NCBI GenBank assembly: GCA_040754955.1
Contig: JBFMCA010000005.1
Span: 24,523 to 88,522, forward strand
DNA from: Acidobacteriota bacterium
GTDB taxonomy: Bacteria > Acidobacteriota > Vicinamibacteria > Vicinamibacterales > UBA2999
Direction: 5' to 3'
DNA length: 64,000 bases
In this document: positions 57,675-64,000 of the stretch, in pieces
Layout: the number at the start of each line of letters is the position of its first letter
Position numbering within the stretch: position 1 is the first letter of the stretch
Translations under genes and position numbers: made by a program
The notes under the pieces: model-generated
Seen by the model: only the letters and a program-made list of their open reading frames with translations
Databases searched by the model: none
What the model was told of the DNA's origin: nothing

Positions 57675-57728
57675 GGGCCCATTTTTCCGGCCGATTCGCT
57701 CCAGATCCCCCAAACCCGCTGAGCTCGC

Positions 57729-57751
57729 CAAAAGGTGCCAGGCACCTTTTG
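57729..57751. repeat. Palindromic element copy 2: CAAAAGGTGCC-A-GGCACCTTTTG
   Basis: Perfect 11-nt arms around 1 nt. It starts 21 nt downstream of the maf stop on the minus strand. Both copies are preceded by CCAAACCCG. Confidence 0.85.
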
Positions 57752-57771
57752 ACGCCGGGAATCCGGCGGTC

Positions 57772-58317
57772 TCAGCGCAGCAGGCGGTAGACGACGGCCA
57801 CCGGCAGGCCGACGACGTTCGTGTACGACCCGTCGATGCGCTCGACGTAGCGCGAGGCGAGCCCCTGGATGGCGTAGGCACCGGCCTTGTCCATGGGCTC
57901 GCCCGTCGCGACATACGCCTCGATCTCGGCCCGGGTCATCGGCGCGAACCACACCCGCGTGCGGGCCACCTCCGCCACGCGCTCGCCGCCCGCCGCCAGC
58001 AGACACACGCCGGTGAGCACGTCGTGGCCCCGTCCCGAGAGCCGGCCGAGCATGGCGGCCGCCTCGGACGCGTCCACGGGCTTGCCGAGGATCTCGTCAT
58101 CGACCACCACCACCGTGTCGGCGCCCAGCACAGGCCCTCGGCCGAGCCGCGCGTGAACCACTGCGGCCTTCTCCGCCGCCAGCCGCGCGACGTGCCGCTC
58201 CGGCGATTCGCCGGGCAGGACGCGCTCGTCCACGTCGGCCGCCGCCATCTCAAAGGGGATGCCCGCCGCCGCCAGCAGCTCGGCGCGGCGCGGCGATCGG
58301 GACGCCAGGATCAGCAT
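57772..58317 (-). CDS. maf: Maf-family nucleoside triphosphate pyrophosphatase
   Basis: 181 aa. [11 protein letters not shown]-terminus and AYAIQG motif. Confidence 0.9.
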   Translation of the reverse strand: MLILASRSPRRAELLAAAGIPFEMAAADVDERVLPGESPERHVARLAAEKAAVVHARLGRGPVLGADTVVVVDDEILGKPVDASEAAAMLGRLSGRGHDVLTGVCLLAAGGERVAEVARTRVWFAPMTRAEIEAYVATGEPMDKAGAYAIQGLASRYVERIDGSYTNVVGLPVAVVYRLLR

Positions 58318-58325
58318 GGCCCAGA

Positions 58326-58334
58326 TGCTAAGCT
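58326..58334 (+). promoter_or_regulatory. Extended -10-like TGcTAAGCT 6 nt upstream of GTG 58341
   Basis: It sits in a 23-nt divergent spacer. No SD. Confidence 0.3.
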
Positions 58335-58340
58335 GAACGC

Positions 58341-58649
58341 GTGCTTCCCGCCCACTCCGCCGTGCCGGCGGTCCTCTCCGAGATTCTCCGCAAGGCGCCT
58401 CTCACGCCCGAGAAGGTGGCCTTCGCGTGGCGCACCGCTGTCGGCCCGGTCGTCGATCGCGCCTCCCGCGTGCGACTGCTCGACGACGGGACGCTGGAGG
58501 TGGCGTGCGACGACCCGCAATGGGCGCGGGAGATCACCCGTTCGCGCCGGCTCATCCTGGCGCGCCTCGCGCCGCTGCTCGGCGACGGCACCGTCGCCCG
58601 CCTGCGCACGCGCGGGCCCGAGCGGCCGTCCCCTGCGGGTCGGCTCTGA
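58341..58649 (+). CDS. DUF721 (DciA-like) domain protein
   Basis: 102 aa with GTG start. The pattern W...VG..V...S....L.DG.L.V......WA.E is typical of DUF721 as I recall it. Confidence 0.6.
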   Translation: MLPAHSAVPAVLSEILRKAPLTPEKVAFAWRTAVGPVVDRASRVRLLDDGTLEVACDDPQWAREITRSRRLILARLAPLLGDGTVARLRTRGPERPSPAGRL

Positions 58650-58696
58650 TACACTCGTCTCCTGCGTTTGCCTTCATCCTTCAGCCGAGTGCCGTC

Positions 58697-59878
58697 ATGC
58701 GAGAAGCCGTCATCGTTTCAGCCGTCCGGATTCCTACCGGCAAGTTCCTCGGTGCACTCAAGGACTTCACCGCGCCCCAGCTCGGTGCCCTCGTCGTCAG
58801 GGAGGCGGTCAGCCGCGCGGGCATCGATCCGGCGAGCGTCGACGAGTGCATCATGGGCAACGTCGTGTCGGCGGGCGAAGGCCAGGCGCCGGCGCGCCAG
58901 GCCGCACTCCATGGCGGCCTCGCCAGCCACGTCGCGGCGCTCACCATCAACAAGGTCTGCGGCTCCGGCCTCAAGGCCGTGATGCTCGCGCACCAGGGCA
59001 TCCGCACGGGCGACATCGACATCGCCGTCGCGGGTGGCATGGAGTCGATGAGCAACTGCCCGTACCTTCTGCCGCGGGTGCGCGAGGGCCTGCGGATGGG
59101 CCACGGCCAGGTCACCGATTCGATGATTCACGACGGGCTGTGGTGCCCATTCGAGAACTGGCACATGGGCAACGCCGGAGAGACCATCGCCGAGCGGTAT
59201 AAGGTCTCGCGCGAGGAGATGGACGCGTACGCAGCCGCGAGCCATCAGCGGGCGGCGGCGGCGCAGGCCGAGGGCGCCTTTGCCGACGAGCTGCTGCCGG
59301 TGTCGATCCCGCAGCGGAAGGGCGACCCGATCATCTTCGCCGCCGACGAATCGGTCCGCGCCGACACGACGCCCGCGGCTCTCCGCGCGCTGAAGCCGGC
59401 ATTCAAGAAGGACGGCACCGTGACGGCCGGCAACGCTCCGCCGGTCAACGACGGCGCGGCAGCGCTGGTCGTGATGGCCGACGATCGCGCGAAGGCGATC
59501 GGCGCCACACCCGTGGCGCGCATCGTCGCGCAGGCCACGAGCGGCCTCGAGCCGAAGATGCTGCTGATGACGCCGGTCGACGCCACCCGCAAGGTGCTGG
59601 CAAAGGCCGGCTGGTCCATCGGCGACGTGGATCTCTTCGAGCTGAACGAAGCCTTCGCCGTGCAGGCGGTGGCGGTCATCCGCGAGCTGGAGCTCGACCC
59701 GGCGCGAGTCAACGTCCACGGCGGGGCCGTCGCGCTGGGGCATCCGATTGGCGCCTCGGGCGCCCGGATTCTCACGACCCTGCTCTACGCGCTCAAGCGG
59801 CATGGCGGCCGGCGCGGCATTGCCACGCTCTGCCTCGGCGGCGGGAACGGCGTCGCACTGGCCGTCGAACGGGTCTGA
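58697..59878 (+). CDS. Acetyl-CoA C-acetyltransferase (thiolase II)
   Basis: 393 aa from an internal ATG. Active-site [11 protein letters not shown]-terminal [17 protein letters not shown] and CLGGGNGVA. Confidence 0.95.
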   Translation: MREAVIVSAVRIPTGKFLGALKDFTAPQLGALVVREAVSRAGIDPASVDECIMGNVVSAGEGQAPARQAALHGGLASHVAALTINKVCGSGLKAVMLAHQGIRTGDIDIAVAGGMESMSNCPYLLPRVREGLRMGHGQVTDSMIHDGLWCPFENWHMGNAGETIAERYKVSREEMDAYAAASHQRAAAAQAEGAFADELLPVSIPQRKGDPIIFAADESVRADTTPAALRALKPAFKKDGTVTAGNAPPVNDGAAALVVMADDRAKAIGATPVARIVAQATSGLEPKMLLMTPVDATRKVLAKAGWSIGDVDLFELNEAFAVQAVAVIRELELDPARVNVHGGAVALGHPIGASGARILTTLLYALKRHGGRRGIATLCLGGGNGVALAVERV

Positions 59879-59890
59879 GTCGCGGCGGCG

Positions 59891-62080
59891 ATGACCCGAA
59901 CCCGGGTGTGGGCGCTCGCGGCGGCCCTCCTCACCGCCACGCCGGCCGCGGGCCAGACGCCGGCCGACTGGTCCGCGGTCCCGCGCGCGGAGCGCGTACG
60001 CCGCCTCCGCCAGCGGTCATGGGACGTGACAGCACGCCACACGTCCGCGCCGATCAGCGTGGACGGCCGCCTCGACGAGGACGACTGGCGCGCCGCCGCC
60101 CCCGTCGCGGACTTCTACCAGACCGGGCGCAACGAGGGCCTGCCGGCCAGCGAACGCACCGAGGTGCGCGTCCTTTACGACGCGGAGCGGATCTACATCG
60201 GCTTTCGGGCCTGGGACAGCGAGCCCGATCGGATGCGCATTCGCTCGGTGTTCCGCGACGAGAGCGGCGGCGCCGACGAGCTGGTCGCTGTGATGCTCGA
60301 CGCCTATCACGGGCACCGCGGCGCCATCCAGTTCGTCACCAACGCCAACGGCCTGATGGAAGACCTCCTGCAGACCGGCGAGAGCACCACCACGCGCAAC
60401 CACGACTGGGACACGGTCTGGGCCTCGCAGGGACGCGTGCTGGCCGACGGCTACGAGGTGGAGATGGCGGTGCCGTTCACCTCGTTGCGGTTCGAGCTGC
60501 CGCGCGAGGGCGGCGACATCGTGTTCGGCATCGGCTTCAAGCGCAACATCCCGCGGCGCAACGAGGAATCGGTCTGGCCGTTCGTGCCGAACGATTCCAG
60601 CTGGTACCGGCCGGCCGAGCTGGGGCATCTCCGCGGGTTGTCGGGCGTCCGGCCCGGCCGCAGCATCGAACTCCGGCCGTACCTGCTTGGCACGGCGCTG
60701 TCAGACATCGCGCTCCAACGGCCGACCCAGCTCGCGCGCGACGCCGGCGTCGACGGCAAGTGGGGCGTCACGACCGGCCTGACCGCCGACTTCACCCTCA
60801 ACACCGACTTCGCGCAGGAAGAGGCGGACATCCAGCAGGTCAACCTGACGCGGTTCTCGCTGTTCTTCCCCGAGAAGCGGCAGTTCTTCCTCGAGGGCCA
60901 GCAGGCGTTCCGCTTCGGCGTGCCGCGCGAGGCCGATCTCATCTTCACACGCCGTATCGGCCTGTCGGCCGAGGGCACGCCGCTCCCGTTGCTGGGCGGC
61001 GCGCGGCTGTCGGGACGACAGGGCCGTACCGGCCTGGGCGCCATGAGCCTCCAGGTCGGCGATCCCGGCGGCGGCGACTCGCGCAACTACACGGTGGTCC
61101 GCGTCAAACAGGACGTTCTGACGCGGTCGAGCGTCGGCGCCGTGTTCACGAACGTCCAGGGCGCCGGCTCGTTCAACCGCGTCGTCGGCGCCGACGCCAG
61201 CCTCTACATCCACCGGTTGTGGTTCTTCGACGGATGGGCCGCGCGTGTGAATCAGGACGGCGCGGCCTCGAGCGCCGCCGTTTACGCCCGCAGCGCGTAC
61301 GAGGCCGACCGGCGCGCCTTGAGCTACACGTTTCTCGGCATCGGCGATGGGTTCGCGCCGGAGGTCGGTTATGTGCGTCGGCCTGACAGCCGGCAGCACA
61401 CGCTCGCCGCCCGATGGAGTCCCAGGCCCACGTCGGACGCGGTGCGCCAGTACCACTTGACCGGCCGCCTCGGCTACATCACCGACGGCCGCGGGCTGCC
61501 GGAGACGCGCCACCGCGAAGGCGGGCTGCGGGCCGACTTCGAGTCGGGCGATGCCGTCAGCCTGGTGTTCACCAACAACCTCGAGCGGCTCGTCCGGCCG
61601 TTTCCGCTCCGCCGTGGCGTCACGATTGCGCCGGGCGCGTACCGGTTCAACGAGATCGAGGCCAAGTTCGACTCCTTCCGCCGCCGGCATCTGCAGCTCG
61701 ACGCGACGTACACGGCGGGCGGCTTCTTCGGCGGGCATCGCGACGCGCTGCTCCTCGCGTTCAACTGGCGGATGTCCACCATGGTCGGGGTGACCGCCGG
61801 CTACAGCGTGAACTGGGTCGATCTCCCGCAGACGTCATTGACCACGCATCTGCTGACGTCGCGCCTGCAGCTTGCTTTCCGCAACGACGCGGCGCTCCTG
61901 ACCCTGCTGCAGTTCAACCGGGATACCGGCCAGTTCTCGGCCAACGTCCGCTTCAACTGGATTCCCAAGCCCGGCACGGACCTGTTCGTCGTCTACAACG
62001 AGACGGACGACACGCTGGGCCGCTGGGCGCCGCGCACCCGATCGCTGGCGGTCAAGCTGAACTACCTTTTCGCCCTGTAG
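59891..62080 (+). CDS. Exported CBM9-like / DUF5916-type beta-barrel protein
   Basis: 729 aa. Signal peptide ends ATPAAGQ. N-terminal region ISVDGRLDEDDWRAA...YIGFRAW. Long beta-rich C-terminus ending NYLFAL. Family call is from memory. Confidence 0.55.
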   Translation: MTRTRVWALAAALLTATPAAGQTPADWSAVPRAERVRRLRQRSWDVTARHTSAPISVDGRLDEDDWRAAAPVADFYQTGRNEGLPASERTEVRVLYDAERIYIGFRAWDSEPDRMRIRSVFRDESGGADELVAVMLDAYHGHRGAIQFVTNANGLMEDLLQTGESTTTRNHDWDTVWASQGRVLADGYEVEMAVPFTSLRFELPREGGDIVFGIGFKRNIPRRNEESVWPFVPNDSSWYRPAELGHLRGLSGVRPGRSIELRPYLLGTALSDIALQRPTQLARDAGVDGKWGVTTGLTADFTLNTDFAQEEADIQQVNLTRFSLFFPEKRQFFLEGQQAFRFGVPREADLIFTRRIGLSAEGTPLPLLGGARLSGRQGRTGLGAMSLQVGDPGGGDSRNYTVVRVKQDVLTRSSVGAVFTNVQGAGSFNRVVGADASLYIHRLWFFDGWAARVNQDGAASSAAVYARSAYEADRRALSYTFLGIGDGFAPEVGYVRRPDSRQHTLAARWSPRPTSDAVRQYHLTGRLGYITDGRGLPETRHREGGLRADFESGDAVSLVFTNNLERLVRPFPLRRGVTIAPGAYRFNEIEAKFDSFRRRHLQLDATYTAGGFFGGHRDALLLAFNWRMSTMVGVTAGYSVNWVDLPQTSLTTHLLTSRLQLAFRNDAALLTLLQFNRDTGQFSANVRFNWIPKPGTDLFVVYNETDDTLGRWAPRTRSLAVKLNYLFAL

Positions 62081-62158
62081 CCGACACCTGAGCCGGCCTC
62101 CAACATCCAAGTTGGCGGTGCATTCGTAACCGCAACCCGGATTGAAGGAGACCCGATC

Positions 62159-62557
62159 ATGACGTTCGTTTCGAAACTCGCCCGCGTGGCGTTGGCCGCG
62201 GTGGCCATCGTGGTGCTGTCGGGCACGGCCTTCGCGCAGTCGCACACCAGCAAGATGTTCACCGGCGCGAAGGTGAACAAGGGCACGGTCACCCACGCCC
62301 TGCAGAACGGCAAGCACGTGCTGACCCTCTCGGCCGACTTCGTCGTGCCCGACACGCCCGATCCCCACTGGCAGGTCGTCGACTCGAAGGGCACCGTGTA
62401 CCTCCTGCAGCGGCTGGGCATCAAGGACAACAAGGTCAACACCAGCATCACCCTGCCGTCCTACATCCAGGACGTGGCCAAGGTGCAGATCTACTGCGCA
62501 TGGGCCGAGGCCGTGCTCGGCGAGACCTCGTTCGGCAGCACGCTGACCACGCGGTAG
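62159..62557 (+). CDS. Small secreted protein (possibly DM13-like)
   Basis: 132 aa. Preceded by GAAGGAG. Signal peptide ends GTAFAQS. Noticeably lower GC than the neighbouring genes. The domain guess is weak. Confidence 0.4.
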   Translation: MTFVSKLARVALAAVAIVVLSGTAFAQSHTSKMFTGAKVNKGTVTHALQNGKHVLTLSADFVVPDTPDPHWQVVDSKGTVYLLQRLGIKDNKVNTSITLPSYIQDVAKVQIYCAWAEAVLGETSFGSTLTTR

Positions 62558-62572
62558 CCCCTCGACGTCCCA

Positions 62573-62605
62573 CCGGCCGGGCGCACGTATGTTGCGTCCG
62601 GCCGG
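62573..62605 (+). terminator. Hairpin (12 of 13 bp stem, 7-nt loop) after the small secreted protein gene
   Basis: CCGGCCGGGCGCA-cgtatgt-TGCGTCCGGCCGG. No U-tract. The next gene's SD (GGAGGAG) follows directly. Confidence 0.3.
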
Positions 62606-62619
62606 AGGAGCCCCCAGCC

Positions 62620-63498
62620 ATGCTGCGCACACTACTCGTCACCCTCGTGATCTCCCTTGCGGGCGCCGCGTCCGGCGCCGCGCAGTCCGTGCCGGTGCTC
62701 GATCAGGCCGGCGCCTCGCGCCTGGCCGCGCTGGCCGCGGCGGAAGCCCGCGCGCGCAACGCCGGCGGCGCCATTGCCATCGTCGACGCGGGCGGCCACT
62801 TGCTGCGCCTCGATCGACTCGACGGCACCTTCCCTGCCGCGGCGACGGTAGCCACCGAGAAGGCCCGCACGGCGGCCACGTTTGAGCGCCCGACGCGCGA
62901 CTTCGAGAACGCGGTCAAGAACGGCCGCCACGCGCTGCTCGGCGTCGCGGTCATGACGCCGCTCCAGGGCGGCGTGCCGGTCGCCATCAACGGCACCGTG
63001 GTCGGCGCCATCGGCGTCAGCGGCGCGCACAGCGCGCAGGAGGACGATGACATCGCCGACGCGGCGGTCAAGGCCTTCGGACAGATGCCGGCCATGCCCA
63101 CGTCGGTCGACGAGGTCGTGTACCTCGCGGGCCCGGGCGTGGCGAAGGCGTTCGAGCGCGGCATGCCCCTCCTCGAGACCGCGGGCTACAAGATCCACGC
63201 GAGCCGGCGCGACGAGGCCGGCCTCGCCGAGATCCACACCCGCGACACCGACATCATCTACGTCCTCGACGGCGCGGTGACCTTCGTCACCGGCGGCACC
63301 ATCGTCGAGCCACGCACGACGGCCCCGGACGAGATCCGAGGCGCGCGCCTCGAGGGGGGCACGGCCCGCGCGCTCGAGAAGGGCGACGTCGTCGTGGTGC
63401 CGGCGGGAACGCCGCACTGGTTCTCGCGGGTCGATGCGCCGTTTCTGTACTACGTGGTGAAGGCCATCGGTTCGCAGCCCGCGCGAGGGTCCCGATGA
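62620..63498 (+). CDS. Secreted GlcG/HbpS-like (DUF336) domain fused to a cupin-like domain
   Basis: 292 aa from ATG 62620. GlcG-type motifs AIAIVDAGGHLL, A..KARTAA and GAIGVSG. The C-terminal half has GDVVVVPAGTPHWF in a cupin-like context. Confidence 0.55.
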   Translation: MLRTLLVTLVISLAGAASGAAQSVPVLDQAGASRLAALAAAEARARNAGGAIAIVDAGGHLLRLDRLDGTFPAAATVATEKARTAATFERPTRDFENAVKNGRHALLGVAVMTPLQGGVPVAINGTVVGAIGVSGAHSAQEDDDIADAAVKAFGQMPAMPTSVDEVVYLAGPGVAKAFERGMPLLETAGYKIHASRRDEAGLAEIHTRDTDIIYVLDGAVTFVTGGTIVEPRTTAPDEIRGARLEGGTARALEKGDVVVVPAGTPHWFSRVDAPFLYYVVKAIGSQPARGSR

Positions 63499-64000
63499 CG
63501 CGCGTCGCCGCGCCCGTCGTCGCCGCGGTCGTCCTGCTGCTCCAGGCGGGCCTCTCGGGTGAGCCGCGGTCCATCCGCGGCCCGCTCGAGGGGCGCCCCG
63601 ACGCCATCATCGACCTCAACACGGCCGAGGGTCAGGCCCTCGCCCGCGCCGCGTGGACCACGCGGGCGGCCACCAGCGACGATCTCCGCCCCGCGGACCC
63701 CGCGTTCGGCGGCGGCGCCTGGGAGCCGGTCGCGCCGGGCGGCCTGCTCGAGCGGCGCGGTCCCGGACACCGGTCGGCGGCGTGGTACCGCACCGACGTG
63801 ACGGTTCCCGATCGCGTGGGAGCCCTGCCGACAGCGGGCACGGCCGTCGTGTTCGAGATCGTCGTCGACGACTACGCCGAGGTCTGGGTGAACGGCGAGC
63901 TGCCGCGCCGGCTCGGCCAGCAGGGCGGCTCGCTCGTCGCCGGCTTCAACGCCCCGAATCGCATCGTGCTGACCGACGACGCGAGGCCGGGCGAGACGTT
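63495..64000 (+). CDS. Secreted hypothetical protein, 5' partial (runs off the window)
   Basis: ATG 63495 is in an ATGA overlap with the preceding stop. Signal-like AAVVLLLQAGLSG. High GC3 in frame to the window end. The stretch WYRTDVTVP...VFEIVVDDYAEVWVNG resembles a galactose-binding-like jelly roll. Confidence 0.45.
   Translation, partial: MTRVAAPVVAAVVLLLQAGLSGEPRSIRGPLEGRPDAIIDLNTAEGQALARAAWTTRAATSDDLRPADPAFGGGAWEPVAPGGLLERRGPGHRSAAWYRTDVTVPDRVGALPTAGTAVVFEIVVDDYAEVWVNGELPRRLGQQGGSLVAGFNAPNRIVLTDDARPGET

Noticed and set aside
57650-57751. TGGCAC within the palindromes as sigma-54 -24 elements for the ccm operon
   Set aside because: On the ccm-coding strand, copy 2 (57751 to 57729) reads TGGCACCTTTTGC, which puts GC only 10 nt after GG instead of 12, with no TTGC in register. 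Copy 1 lacks TGGCAC on the ccm-coding strand. The TGGCAC is better explained as half of the palindrome stem.

Overview
High-GC (about 70% by eye), gene-dense chromosomal segment with about 63 CDS. Most sit in operons whose genes are joined by 1-nt or 4-nt start/stop overlaps (ATGA, GTGA, TGATG). I found no rRNA, tRNA, CRISPR array, transposase, integrase or phage genes. The ORF track accepts ATG, GTG and TTG as starts, and many track ORFs are antisense artefacts of the high GC content or carry spurious N-terminal extensions; I trimmed those by hand. There are four kinds of content. (1) Housekeeping genes: ligA, metG, dapF, dtd, ttcA, aroA-aroK, maf, a thiolase, a polyprenyl synthase, tatD, an HtrA protease, and a bacterial type-A RNase P RNA (rnpB, about 2500-2930, minus strand) that the ORF track covers with spurious ORFs. 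(2) A roughly 25-kb envelope-glycan locus (19.8-45.4 kb). It holds 3 GT4 and 2 GT2 glycosyltransferases, 2 large GT-C-like membrane proteins, 2 UPF0104 (LPG-synthase-TM type) membrane proteins, 2 methyltransferases, 2 acyl/acetyltransferases, an AsnB-type amidotransferase, an NDP-sugar pyrophosphorylase, SDR epimerases, a GlpD-like flavoprotein and a radical SAM/SPASM enzyme. Inside it is a lipoprotein / OM barrel / paralogous lipoprotein trio of unknown function. (3) A variant System I cytochrome c maturation operon (50.2-57.6 kb). Its CcmE has CxxxY instead of HxxxY, its CcmF carries a fused Cys-rich CcmH-like domain, and it has three extra membrane ORFs. (4) Unusual non-coding structure: three intergenic short-tandem-repeat arrays (periods 10, 8 and 7 nt), a duplicated AAAAGGTGCC-N-GGCACCTTTT palindrome element, and AT-rich -10-like hexamers 6-11 nt upstream of several start codons, which suggests leaderless or near-leaderless mRNAs. 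The best candidates for something undescribed are the radical-SAM glycan sub-operon, the lipoprotein/OMP trio, and the accessory ORFs of the ccm operon. All functional calls rest on motifs read by eye and need database confirmation. An Acidobacteriota- or Gemmatimonadota-like soil bacterium seems likely, but that is only an impression from composition and gene families.
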